Shown here in pieces: positions 40,330-54,321 of a DNA stretch of 64,000 nucleotides. How positions within the stretch are numbered: the first letter of the stretch is position 1; each line of letters begins with the position of its first letter. Origin of the DNA: Geosiphon pyriformis uo1 (lineage: Eukaryota; Fungi; Glomeromycota); the NCBI GenBank assembly GCA_016748015.1, contig JAAOMT010000303.1, positions 1,034,562 through 1,098,561 on the forward strand, in the 5' to 3' direction. Position numbers and translations under genes: made by a program. The notes below the pieces were generated by a model. That model saw only the letters and a program-made list of their open reading frames with translations, was not told the origin of the DNA and made no database searches.

Positions 40330-41645
40330 AGAATAAATTATTATTATTATTATTATTTATTTATTTATTTTTTCGAAATAACGAAAAAAAAAATTTCAAT
40401 TTATAAAGTCTCACAAGTAAAAAGTACTTTTTTTAAAATTTTAAAATTTAAGGAATGATTTGTTAAAAATAAATTTCATATTAATATTTCAAAGACCAAA
40501 TTTTGTTTTCATTCTAAAAGTTTTCCATTCAAATTTATTGATATGAATAATGAGAGTTTTCATGAAATAAAAGATTTTTGATAATGTAAAACCCACCTCA
40601 TACTCGGGAACGATTAAGAATGAACCAATACGCTTTTCAAAATTGAAGATAACGTAAACGAATCAACTATACGTCAGTTTTTAATAAAGAGAAACGTATT
40701 ACAAACATTAAAATATTTAGATAATGACCTGGGCAAAAGGACTATCTTGCACTAATAAAATCCCAAAAGTTGAAAATAAAAAATATTGAAAAAAATAAAA
40801 AATATTGAAAAATATTGAAAAAATGAAAAATAAACCTTTTGGTTTGATCACAAGCTGTTTCATCCATAAATAAAAGATTGGTCCGTGCGCGTTTTCATTA
40901 AAAAAAATTTTAGTTTTACTAAATTAAAGAATCATCATTAAATTAAATTTTACGATTTTTTTTTTTTTTTTAGATTGACATAAATGGGTTAATTTTAATT
41001 CCCTGTTATATTCTAAAGAATTTGGTATCGATATCTCATGTATGACAATTTTTTGATTTTTGACGTTTTTTCAAAATCAATCTACAATCATCAATGAAAA
41101 GAAGAATTTGATAAGAAAAAACAGAAGGGTGGGACAGGAAAGTAATAGCGATGAAAAGCAAAAGCAAAAGCAAAAGCAAAAGCAAAGGAAAGCAAAGCAG
41201 CAACAGCATTTAAACTTGTGTGTGAATTATTATTGATGAACTCTTACACTTAAAAAAGGAAAAATTAGAAAAATTAATTCTCTTTTGTTGGCGACCTGAT
41301 AAAATTAGTTTCAATTTGACATATTTATATCATTCTTAAGGTCGGCTACAACCTTTGATTAACTTGACTTTTCCGATTCCCCCGCAAAAAGCGAAAATAC
41401 CTCAAGTTATGACAAATAAAAAGGCGGGAAAACCCAAATCTGAATCAATCGGTTTCCGGAAATGGGATCTGTAAGAATTTTTTATATGACTAACCAAATT
41501 AAGTATGTAAAGATGATGATGTCTTAATTTAAATAAGTGAAAGAATTTTTTTTTTTTTTTTTTTAGTTTCTCCGTTCTAAGGAAACATACAATGATAAAC
41601 ATACACAGCCAAACAATAATTTAATCATGCACACTTTATTTCTCA

Positions 41646-41647
<2 letters not shown>

Positions 41648-41719
<72 letters not shown>

Positions 41720-41746
41720 TTAATTANNNNNNNNNNNNNNNNNNNN

Positions 41747-41777
<31 letters not shown>
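41648..41777. repeat. Poly-T tracts flanking an assembly gap (20 N at 41727-41746)
   Basis: Directly visible. Confidence 0.95.
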
Positions 41778-42130
41778 CCCCAGACTTTCCCCATCTCCAA
41801 CAATTGCCAAAAAAAGGGGAATAAACTGATCTTTAGATTTATTAAACTAGACGTTTTGAAGCTAAAAAGGGATGGAAACGTGGTAGCATGGGTTGTAATA
41901 CAATTAATAATTATTAAAAGATTCAAATTTGGGTAGTTTTGCAACATGTTCTTGTCATCTCTATTAAAACCAAGTTTGACTTGCGACTTTTTTTACTATT
42001 TTTAGATTAGTCTAAATTGAGAATAAGTTTCGTAATTGGGTAACATGAACATTTTCGTAATTGTAAGTGCATCATACAAACCCATTCTTTCTATCAATTT
42101 CTATAAACGAACCTAGCATTGAAAATTAAA

Positions 42131-42146
42131 ATCATCATCATAATCA

Positions 42147-42234
<88 letters not shown>

Positions 42235-42252
42235 CATCATCATCATCATCAT
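42131..42252. repeat. (CAT)n-(TAT)n compound microsatellite
   Basis: Long TAT run flanked by CAT units. Confidence 0.95.
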
Positions 42253-42866
42253 GTAATTAATAAAATAAATTGATACAAAATAATAATAATAATTGATAAA
42301 AAATTATGGGACCTAAATTAACAATTGTGAACCTTATCCCCTCAAAATATAATACATATCAAATTTCAAAGATACGATGAATATTTTTTGTAACATATAC
42401 ATTTAGTATAACAACAACTCGCAAAAATCTCTCAATAAAACGTTTTAAAACATGGAATATTTATCCAATCAAGATTTGACACATTTAGGCATAGCCTCAA
42501 ACCTGAATTATCTGAAAAGAGATCTACTCTTATAATTCTTGATAATTAATAATCAATTTTTATTTTTTTTATTTTTTATTTTTTATTATTTTTATTTCAT
42601 CATCCAACCAACCAACCAACCAACTAACTAACTAACTAACTAACATTTAATATCTATTTCACATTCATAATTTAATATCTATTTCAAATTCACACAACTT
42701 ATGAATTACCATCTGGCGTGTGAGTCCTTATAAATTAAAAAGAATGAAAAAGCTTGTTGTTTCCCTGACTGATCTATAAATAATGAACATTTCATCATCC
42801 TGATGATTTGATACAGTGATTTTTGATGACGATAATGATGATGAGATCCGAAAATCGAAATTATAA

Positions 42867-42886
42867 NNNNNNNNNNNNNNNNNNNN
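42867..42886. other. Assembly gap (20 N)
   Basis: N run. Confidence 0.99.
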
Positions 42887-43421
42887 TATATATTTTTTAA
42901 AAATACCCACGAATTATCAAATACAAATTTATGCAATTAATACTAAAAGAACAAAAATTATCCTATCAACGTTCATTAATTTTAATCTTCATTTTTAAAA
43001 AAAAAAGAAACACGAAACATTTTCGATTTTTTTTTTTTTTTTTTTTTTGTATAACCAAACATAAAACTTTAAAAATAATATTATTTCGGTGTCACTTTTT
43101 TAACTTCATTTCAAGCTATGAAGCTGAAAAATTGATATCATATCACTTGCTAGAACAAATTTTTTTTTTTTTCGTACACCAAAATTTCCCAAATATGTTG
43201 ATTCTTTGGGAAATTGGGGTAAAAAAATGATCTTCAAACACTGGCAGTTTTATAATTTTGTGAAAGGTTACCAATTTTCGTGGGCTTAAAAAAACTGCAT
43301 AAGGAACTTTTAAGCTTACACACCCACACTTTCAAACAACTAGAAAAGGTAATGAATTTCTTGGCTTGGTGTAATAATAATGATACTTTGAAAGCGAGGC
43401 GATTTTTGATAGGCTTATCTG

Positions 43422-43454
<33 letters not shown>

Positions 43455-44701
43455 AGACTCATGGATGTGCGAAGGAAATTTTCCAACACCCAAATAATAT
43501 TTTTAATATCGCGAATGATCAATCTTCCCCCCGTTGAACTTGATTGAACTCTTTCCCTTTCTTTTTATTTGTCTTACCAGCTCGTTATATAATACCATTT
43601 TCGAATACGTGCTGTTAAAATTCCAAAAAAAGCCTGTACCCGAAAAATTTAATCCCAATCACCACGGTCTCTATTGCTTACTACGAAACCAAAACAACAA
43701 CACGCAAACACAAAATACCCTTTTTCTGACTATCAATAATACTAGCCTGGCACGACCCTCTTTTTTTGATTATTGATTCTTGTTCTTTCTTTTTGATTTT
43801 TTTTCTGGGTAGCCTGACAACAGCTGGCTAGTATTTTTTTTTTTCCTCACTTCCATTGATATTTTTCCTCGGTCTTCTTTTACCTCTTTTTTTTCTTTCT
43901 TCCTTCTTGACAACCATACGGCTTTTTGCGCTGATCGTGTACAAAAGTCTGATTCTCTTGGAATCAACCTTATGAAATTTCTCAAAGACTTTGACACGGT
44001 TGGTATTTAGTAATTTTATTAGTTGTACAGGATTATTTTTTGAAAGGTTTTATACTTTATTCTTTGGGAGAGTTTTAACTTTTTTTTTGTGACGATTGGG
44101 GTATTTTTTCCAACGATGCTTGCTACATTTTCTTTCTTTCTTTCTTTCTTTCTCTCTCTCTTTCTCTTTCTTCCTGTGACTATTACTACCACACTTAGCA
44201 GATAGTCAACGTTTATCCTTACGCATAGAAACTGCAGAAAGAAAAATGTAGCAAGCAGCAGTGAATTTTAAAAAAATTCAATAGAATACTTGAAAGTAAT
44301 TTCTTGTTCAACATTATCAACCCTCTTTATCAAATTACTTTAAAAAACAATGCGCCTGATAATTTACATGTATCTGTATCAGCAAATGGGGCTATGGGGA
44401 AGGAGGCTCGCGCAGCTACTTAACTTGGCCACCAAATCACACATACCCGAAATAACATACCTTTACACACATATATACACACACTCGGTGTTCCCCCCCC
44501 TATTAAAAAGGCAACAAGATTTCTTTTGGCGTAGAACGTTTCACTTTTCTAAAAATTATATTCTTACTTTTTTACCTGTTATCACTTCATTATTTTAACC
44601 AAAATTATTACTAATTTTAACTGGTTCCAAAGTTTTAAACCTTTTCTATTACTATCAGCCATTAGCTATTGTTTTTATTATTTTTATTATTACTATCATC
44701 A

Positions 44702-44739
<38 letters not shown>

Positions 44740-44871
44740 GCGTATATGAAACGGTAATAACTCCCTTCCTTAAATAAGTTTAAAACCTTTCAAAATAAAT
44801 ATTTTCCAAGAATCCCTCATAAACAACACACATACACACTCACTCATTCACTCATAAAATTGGCAACCCAA

Positions 44872-46931
44872 ATGAGTAATAATTTTTACGCCACAAATTT
44901 TTCTTTTACCGCCTCCTCTGCTTATTTACAGGGCAACGACTTGAATCACCACCACAATCATAACCAACACCACCATAACCACCGTAGTTCAGCAACTAAC
45001 GAAATCGAACCACTTCTCTCTCAATTACATGTCATGTCTCCAGGTAGAACTTTTTATAGATATTCATTTTTTGTCCTATTCTGCTAACTTTTCTTAACTG
45101 AGGCTTTTACTAAACCTGTATCAATATCTTAATTCTATGTTACCAGCTGTCGAACGACAAACATTTCTTGACGAGGTAAATATCTAGTTTCAGGGTGGTT
45201 TGATTTTTCAGGGCAATTCTCTTTCTCTTTCCCTCTTTCTATTTTTTGTTTCCCCTATCATTATCTCTAGCACCATTATGTTTATTATTATTATTATTAT
45301 TATTCCTCTTCTTCTTCTTCTTCTTCTTCTTATTCTTTGTCACTTGATCCATTCTTTTAAACATTATCCAACCAAAGTTTCCTTCATCTCACCTCTGATT
45401 CATTACCTACCATTTTTCAATCTAGGTTAACGCTATCGAGGATACTGAGCTCTTAAGGCGTATGCTTATTCAAAAAGAACAAGAAAAAGACGATATTGTT
45501 AATAATCTAGATATAGCCGCACGTCTTGGATTGGTTATCTCTGAAAAAAACGAAGAGTTACAAATGAAACTGAATCTGGTAACGCAAGCAGAGGCACAAG
45601 CTTATTTCAAGGTTAGTATGCAGCACCAATTTTCATTTAATCCCCGATTCTAATTTTACGCCAATCTGATTCAATCTCTAATTAATTATATATTATCAAT
45701 TGACTTTAACAATCAAAACTAGCTTTCTGCCTTAGAAGAAGAAAATCGAATTTTGTACTCTAAAGCATCCCGTAGCAATGAATTGGCGACTCAACTGATG
45801 GCTAGTGAGGAGCAAGTGAAAACATTGCGAGAACATAAGGCCTACCTTCAAAAAGAGCTTGAGGGTGCCAGACGCGAACTGAAACGGTTCCGGAAAGAGC
45901 TCGATAGTCTTTCAGGACAAATGAACGATATGGCCGAGGACATGATGGATTCCCGAAGTAAAGTGAATCATTACTCAAAGAAACTATGTAAGCTTCAGTA
46001 AACTTTTAACATTTGGAATTTTTTACTGGTCGGGCACCTATCTCACATCTATTATATATACTTTTTGAAAATATAGTTGAAGTTGAACAACACCTTGCTG
46101 ATACTCGAGAGACCAATGTTAACCTCTCGCTGCAGCTTGAAAGATCTTTGAGCTCTCAGAAAATTTCTACCGCCACAACAACACAAATTGTAAAAATGAT
46201 CCAAGCCGATCTTGGGAGGGTGAGTAATTAATTAATTGATTGATTGATTGATTGATTGAATTTTTTTTTAAAAGAACAAAAAATGTCAAAATCTTTTTGT
46301 GAATTGAATAATAATCTTTTTTTTTTTTTTTTGCAAAAGGTGGTTTTGGAAAATGAACATTTGCGTGCTAGTATTAATGAACTGGAATCTCGACAGGTTC
46401 AATGTGAAGGGAAATTGGGTGAAATGATGGTATCGGCTCAAGAGTACGCCCATTTGTTAGAGGAAGCTCAGGATACTATACATTCTTTGAGTGAAACACG
46501 TCTAGAATCTGATATTGAAAATCTACAAATATCGCCCGGTCGTAGTCGTAGTAACACCGTTAAGAACATCACGAAGGTATGTGCATCCTAACACAGTATC
46601 GTTAACGACAAATCAATTCCTTTTTTGTTTCTGAATTTATTTCATCTTGCATCATGTTCTTTAGGAAGCGGCCCCAATGAAAGGTACACCATTTTCTGCT
46701 GAGGTAGAACAGCATCTTGAAAAAACCATCGAAGAACGTCTAAAATTGCAAATGTCTCCACGAATGAACGCAAATTCTTCTGTGCCTGTTGACATGAAGA
46801 AAGCTGCCGCAGGACTGAAATACCTATTATCTGCTCGAGAAGTTGAGGGCAAAGATGGTGGCAAGGGCAAGAGTCCCGAACGACGTCCTTTCGGTGGTGG
46901 TTACGTATTGCACTCTTACAATGTTCGCTGA
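44872..46931 (+). CDS. Long coiled-coil protein with an N-terminal CC1-box-like motif (HAP1_N/BICDR-like), ~7 exons
   Basis: Spliced reading ...MSPAVERQTFLDEVNAIEDTELLRRMLIQKEQEKDDIVNNLDIAARLGLVISEKNEELQMKL..., followed by heptad-rich exons; GT-AG introns, including a 29-nt exon at 45147-45175. Confidence 0.75.
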
Positions 46932-48052
46932 TCCAATTCGATGGGATCTATACTATGGTGCGATTGAGAGCAAAAAATTGTGATATACCTCACCAGATTA
47001 TTCTTTATTCGGGTTTATTTATCCCTCCTAAAACCACAACGCGCTTAATATGGTTTGACTGCTCGTTCATTTGTGGTCAAAAATTGGACGTTGTATTCCT
47101 GTGTTCCTCTTTTTATATATATACATATCTTTTTGTTGAGCATCTTTATAATATTCATAATAGCTAAATATTCTATTAATGATGGGTTTTAGTTCTCAAA
47201 GAAATCATATCATCTTGTTTTTCCGGTAACTAAATATCCAAATTCCCCTATCCTTTTCTTTCAGTAGTATTAATTATTTTAATTCATATACACAGCTATA
47301 TTTGTTATATACCCATTCACACTTGTCACCTCCCCCCCTCCCCCCAGCACACATTCACACAAAATATATACTTTTCATACATATACATACACGCATCATT
47401 TTTCATATTATCACACCATATTACTAGCATCAAATATAATAATAGAATAATGCACGGATGCATCATCAAATTTGATCCGTGTGATTGTTTTTTTGGATGC
47501 GAAAAAAAGCGATTTCAAAATATATCACTTAATTTTTTGGCATGAATCTTCAGGTTTATTCATGTCTTTGCTTTTTTTCGCATTCGTCTTTTGTTTTTTC
47601 TTTTGTATATATATTGATTAGTTCTTTATGGTTCGGTTTCATAAAATAGTTTTTTGAATTGTAGATTTAATCTTTGGCTTGGTTAACGGGCCCAAAGATT
47701 AAAGAATACAAATTTTTCGTAAAGGCATTATAGTTTTCAGTTGTTCAATCTAGCGTTAGGATGTCCAGTCATTAAATAGCATAACTTTTGGAATTTGTGG
47801 TTTCCATGTTAATGTTCCCACTTGAGATATCACAAATTTTAGCGAGTTTTAATAAAATCAACAGATTTTCAGAGTTCTCATATATTTTTTAGTTTGAAGG
47901 AGTTTTTTGTACTGATCATCAAATTTTCAATATGGCTAAAAAAAATTGACATTGTTGTGCAGTTGAGATAATGCACTACCATCTGATCATTGAGAAATTT
48001 ATAAATAACAAGCAAGACCCTTTTTAAAATTGTTAGTTTGGTAAAATATACT

Positions 48053-48473
48053 ATGGCTTCCCTAGCTTCGGTGACTAAGAGGTCGTTTAAAAGAATATTT
48101 CAAACTGTTGGAGGTAAGGTAAAGAAAATTAGGAAAACAGCACGAATAGAATCTATATTTTGATCTTACTTGACGAGAAGTAAGGAAGGAATTTGGTGTG
48201 CATTCGGCGATTTTTGGCATTAATTTCAATGAGTTTGGGTAAAAGGTATTTCGCCGAATAGATTTATTCTTTCGCCACTGGTTACAGCTCAAAAGTTGTC
48301 GTTTCATTTCACCTCAGTTCATCGTCACGGTATTTTGGATTTTAATTTTTTTTGAGTTTATTAGTTACAAAATAAAAATATAAGCAAAGTCTTAAATCCA
48401 CCTTTCCTTTATCGTATCGAATCGAACCAAAAAGCTTCAGAGAAACCCCAAACTCCAAATTTTGCCTCCTCCA

Positions 48474-48514
<41 letters not shown>

Positions 48515-49297
48515 CCATCATCGTCTGATTCCAACTCAGAGACTACCAACAAACGTCTCCACGAATACGGAAAATACATACTCTCTCTCCTTCCTAAATA
48601 CGTTCAACAATTCTCCGTCTACAAAAATGAGTTGACACTCTATATCGCCCCCAGTTCGTTGATTCCCGTTGTGACCTTCCTTCGGGATCACACCAACGCT
48701 CAATTTAAACAGGTGACCGATATCTGTGGCGTGGATTTTCCGTCACGCTCGAATCGATTCGAGGTTGTGTATCATTTTTTAAGTTTAAGGCATAATACCC
48801 GAATACGTGTCAAAACGTATACGGATGAGGTGAAACCTGTTCCTTCGCTTACATCATTGTTTAACGGAGCGAATTGGTATGAACGTGAGGCGTACGATAT
48901 GTTTGGCATATTTTTCACCAACCATCCGGACTTGCGAAGAATCTTGACCGATTACGGATTCGAGGGCCATCCATTACGAAAGGACTTCCCATTGACCGGA
49001 TATGTGGAAGTGAGGTATGACGAGGAGGTGAAAAGAGTTGTGGTGGAGCCGTTGGAGTTGACGCAGGCGTTCCGGAATTACGAGGGGGCTTTGTCACCTT
49101 GGGAGCAGACTGGTAAGTGGGATGGGTATGGTATTTGCAGTATCTTTGTCTTTTTAAGAGACAATGTATTCGAATATCTGTTTTAATTCACATTTATGAA
49201 ATAATTTATTTTAGGACCTGGAATTGATGCTCGGCCAGAATCTTTCAAAGTTGAGAAGATGCTACCGAAACCGGCCGATGAACCTGAAAAGAAGTGA
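48053..49297 (+). CDS. NDUFS3: NADH:ubiquinone oxidoreductase 30-kDa subunit (NDUFS3/NuoC), nuclear-encoded with a mitochondrial presequence, 4 exons
   Basis: [60 protein letters not shown]; Arg/Ser-rich N-terminus. Confidence 0.97.
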
Positions 49298-52200
49298 AAT
49301 AGTTCATTTGTTGGACGAGCCTTTCCGGAAGATCTTCAGTTTCATCACAGCAATATGATTGTTAATGAAGAGATCCCGCGGCAGGGCGTGTAGCATGCGG
49401 CACCAGTAGAGCGGGAATTTTGTATGTTTTATGTAACACAATCTTGGGAGTTTTGTTAATATTTAAATTCTGGATCCTGCCTTAAAAGCTTTTTCGGTCA
49501 GATCAACGCGATATCATTCTTTCCTTTAATTATAACGCAGGCAAAATTCTATTAATTCCGAAAAATTAAACACTAAAAATATATGCATAATTGTTTCGGA
49601 AAGAGGAGGCACTAAGCCACGTGAAAGATGTGGTTAATATCATCAAGAAACCTTTGTACTTTATACTCGTATTTTTTCTGGAGTTTTAAGGTTGTTCGTT
49701 TTAATAATTGATCAATGCAGAAAAAAATCTAATCAAGTGAGTTATCAATATTGTCAATAAATTGTTTACAAGATCATTTTTTATAAAGATGGTTAACATG
49801 ATGAAATTCATATTGTTTTTTTTAATGTTGTTTTTTTTAATTTCTCTAAACATTATTTTATATTTAAATTTGTTGTTATTTACGAATTATGTTTAATTGT
49901 AAAAAATTCAGATTAACAAGTTTACAAATTTTGAACAATATTTGGCCATATAATTAAATGTATTAAAACATTATAAAAAAACCATAATATTAAATTAATT
50001 ATATAAACAATCAATAAATTAAACATAAAAACATTAAAATTTAAACTTACAATCATTAATTATTAACCTTTTTAAAAGAATTGGTGAATAATATTTTTAT
50101 TGTTTTTTTTTGTTTTTTTAACTTTTATTAATTAATAAATTTTATAAAAAAATATTATTTTTAAAATAATTTTTTTATATTTTATATAATAATATATAAA
50201 TATGTTTATTTATTTATTTATTTATTTATTTGTTTGTTTGTTTGTTTGTTTGTTTGTTTGTTTGTTTGTTTTAAATATAACTTATTATTAGTTTAATTAT
50301 AATTATAATAATTAACATAAAATACAAATTATGTATTTTTTATATATTTAAATTATATTAATTAAATTAAATTAAAATCACAAATAGTTTTTTTTTGTTA
50401 AATTTTAGTTTTAAAAATTAAAAATTTTAAAAAATTAATAATTTTTTAATTGTATTATTATTATTTTATAAAAATATTATTATTTTATTATTATTAAATA
50501 TGATATATATATATATCATATTTTTTTAAAATTTTTTTGTAATTTAAATTTTTATAAAAAAAAAACAGTATTTTAATAATTATTTTAAAATTATTTTTAA
50601 ATATATTTAATAAAAAAAATAATTATAATTATCAAAAATTTAATAAGTACTAAAAATATAATTATATTAATATATTAAATCAATATTTTTTAATTATAAT
50701 TATAATTATTTAATAAAATACTAATTTTTTATTTTTTATTTTTTATTGTTGTTATTGTTTTATTTTATTTTAAATTAATTTTTTAATAAAAAATAGATTT
50801 ATATATAATAATAATAAAAAACATATATTTATTATAAATATTTATTAAAAATATAGAATACTTATGACAATAATAACAAATACATGTTTTTTGCTATTAT
50901 AATTAAGTTGTTAATACTAATAATAAGATACATGTCTAATTTATGTTATGATTATAGTTTTTTGAATTGTTATAATGTTAAAAAAACTGATAAATTACTT
51001 AATTATTAACTAAATATTCTTTGATCTTTTGGTTAATTGCTTTCCTAAATTATTTTAGTTTAGTATCCAATTTAAATAATCTGTTTATTATTAAATTTAT
51101 ATCTTGGACATAATTGGTTTTGAGCTTGGTTAATTCAAAATCTCAAGCATAAATAACTATATTTTAAAGTGTATTTGGATGTAATAAGTGTACTTATTAT
51201 AACAAACTACTATATAATTTACAAATAAATTGATTTAAGATTTGTAATATTATAAAGTAGTTAGTATTAATTGCTTGGATTTGATGCAAATTTTTATAAA
51301 AACATTTCAAATAAGTAGTAATTGCTTTATTATCACTTTGCTTAATTGTGATAATATTATTATAATTGTTAAAATACTATAAAAACACAGTTTTAAATAT
51401 GTCAAAATCTTGAAGTTTGTTTACAAGATTCTAATATTACAAGTTAATAGTATCTTATAAAAAATAAAAAATTGCTTAAAAAGCTTTAACATCATCTTAT
51501 CTATTGGCTACAATGACTTTTGCTATATTATTTAATCAGGCTTAAATGTTGATCTCTTTGTTAATAAATTTCTTTAATTTAACAATTAATATATAGGTCA
51601 TTAATACAAGTATTTGTTATTGTTATTGTGATTGTTAAAAGATGGCTATTAGTGCAATTGATAAATTGATTCAGATAACTGAAAATAAGTTGTTGTTAAC
51701 AATAGGAGCAAAGTTTAAATTGTTTAAGTTTTGTTGAGTTTGAACAATCAGAGTTAAGATTTTTAGGTTATTTGGAATTGGATTTTAATTATTATTTTTC
51801 TAATTACTGTCTTTTTTTTCTTCTGAATTGGTGTTTGCCCAATTACTAGTAGATTCGAAATTTGGTTAAGATAACAGTAATTAAAGTTCTGATAATATTG
51901 CTAGTCATAATTTAAAATTTTTGAAATAATTATCATATATTTCTAATATTTGGCTTTTTTTTGGTTATTTTAAAACAAAACTTAAGTTATAGATGTCTTT
52001 GTAATTGACAGTAATATGAATCTTAATAATATGTAGATAGTATTTCTTGGTATATAAAAATAAAATAAGTGTAATAAAAAAATAACTTTGAGTTTTTTCT
52101 AGTTAGGTGGTTGTATTAGTTTAAATATATTTGTTGGTATTTATATTTTGTTTTTGCTTTTGTCTACAAATGTGATTAAAAACTTTTGCTAAATATATTT

Positions 52201-52467
52201 TTTGATTTTATAATTGATTTTTATAATAATTGAGATAAAACTATAATTCTATAGAAGACTAGTGTATTATAATAGTTTTATATAAAAATTTTTGATGGCA
52301 GTTTTTAGATTTTTTTGGTCTTTTAAGTAGTATATAATTTTTTTGTTAATATAAAAATTAAAAGCTGATTCTGCTAGTCAGTAATTATTTGTTAATCTCA
52401 AATGTATTTAATAATATTAAAATAAAAATTTTACAAATTCTAAGTGGTTTTTTTTGTTGTTTTTTAA

Positions 52468-53427
52468 TATTATTTATAAAAAAAGTACAAGTAAGAAAAA
52501 CAGATAAAAAATAGACCAATAAGAAAATAAAACTTAGTAAGTAAGCACAATATTAGAAAATTATGGCACATTGCTTAGCAATATATACATTGTCAGTAAA
52601 TTATGACACACTGCTTAACAATAAGCATATTGTCAGAAAATTATGGCACATTGTTCAATAATTAGAGCATTATTAGAGAAAATAATACACATTGCTTAAG
52701 AAAATATAAGATCTTATATAACAAGAATTATGTATATATAATAAGAGTATCAGAAACAGAAAAGACAGAATTGATACTAACAATCAGTTAGAACTTATTA
52801 ATTACTTAATACCTTTCTTTTTAAAAAGTAATTTTCTATAACTTAAAATAAAATCAAATTACATATCAATAAAATATCAATTATCATCTGAATCTATGTT
52901 ATCATCACTTGATTAAGAAATATTAATTATTTTTATTTTATCAATACTTCATATTAATAGAATTCAATACTTAACCATACTAAACCAATAGTTTTTGATT
53001 ATGACTATTGACAAAATACTAATTTTTTATTTTTTTTTTATTTTTTTTTATTTTTTTTATTTTTTTTATTTTTTTTTATTTTTTTTATTTCTTTTTGTTT
53101 CATTTTCTTTGTTTTTACTAATTGATTAAAGAAATTAAGCACTAAGTATTTGACATTAAAAATAGTCTGATAAAAAATCCAGAAATAAGAATAAAAATTT
53201 AAAAATAACTTATTAAAAGGACATAACTGCCAAATTAAACTGGCCATCATGCTAAAGAAAAAAATTCAGAGAAGAAACCATCAATTAAATCTTTGTTTAT
53301 TATACAAAAAACTCAACTAAAATCTTTAAACTCCAAAAATCTTTAAAAATTACCAATATTATCAACTATTAAGTACCAAGTTATAGATTTGTTATTTGTA
53401 TCAACTTCCAAATAATTATCTGTAATA
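52468..53427 (+). mobile_element. Solo LTR of the same Gypsy family, inserted in opposite orientation into the gag of element C
   Basis: Reverse-complement match to the LTRs at 53503 and 19893; flanks TTAA / TTGG form a decayed 4-bp TSD; the flanks rejoin to match ~19790-19890. Confidence 0.8.
52540..52700. repeat. About 39-bp minisatellite (4 copies) inside the solo LTR
   Basis: Unit approximately ATTGTCAGAAAATTATGGCACATTGCTTAGCAATAAGCAC. Confidence 0.8.
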
Positions 53428-54321
53428 TTGGTCTGCTATTTTTTCAAATAGTTGATGTTAGTACTAGTTTTTGCTAAATTATATCTTATAAAAAGCACCA
53501 AATATTATAGATAATTATTTGGAGTGCTAAAACAAATTACATATCTGTAATTTGGTGTTTAATAACTGTTAATAATAGTAATTTCTAAAAATTTTAGTAT
53601 TTGAAAAGTTTGGTTGAGCTCTTTGTATAATAGATAAAGATTTTAATAATGGTTTTTTTTATGAATTTTTTTTAGCATAGTGGCCAGTTTAATTTAACAG
53701 TTATGCATTTTTAATAAGCTATTTTTAAGTTTTTTATTCTTGTTTTATGAGTTTTTTATCAGATTATTCTTGATATTAATTACTCAGTACTTAATCTCTT
53801 TAATCAATTAATATACAATAAAAAAAAATAAAATAAAAAAATAAAAATAAAAATAAAAATAAGAAATTAGTATTTTATTAATAGTCATGATTAAAAACTA
53901 TTGTTTTAGTATAGTTAAATATTAGATTCTATTAACATAGATTGTTAATAATATAAAAACAATGAAAATTTTTAATCAAGTAATGAAAACATAAATTAGA
54001 TAGTAATGAATATGTTTATTGATATAAATATATTTTTACTTTAAGTTATAAAAAACTATCTTTTAAAAAAAGTAGTATTTAATAATTTCTTATCTTTAGC
54101 TACTACTCTGTTTTTTTTGCTTTTAATACTCTTACTATATATACATAATTTGTGTTATATGAAATCTTACATATTTTTACTCTTTTTATATACTACTTTC
54201 TAAAAATATGCTATGATTTTCTGAAAATATGCTTATTTATTAAGTATTATTTTTTTATTAGTCTATTTTATAATCTGTTTTTTCTTATTTTTTTTTGGTA
54301 CTTCTTTTTTTATGAGTAACA

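Larger units (their letters stand above)
50820..54321 (-). mobile_element. Truncated Gypsy element C (gag, PBS, 5' LTR 53503-54321), related to element B and inserted in a LINE endonuclease
   Basis: Colinear homology with ~18150-20600; PBS remnant AGCACCA at 53494-53500; the LTR ends GTAACA at 54321, directly abutting LINE APE sequence. Confidence 0.82.

Noticed and set aside
41402-44598. Short ORFs in the intergenic region
   Set aside because: Built from homopolymers and microsatellites, some spanning N gaps, with no recognisable domains
52540-52700. 39-bp repeat array as a CRISPR
   Set aside because: The units are contiguous with no unique spacers, no cas genes are present, and the array lies within a eukaryotic LTR
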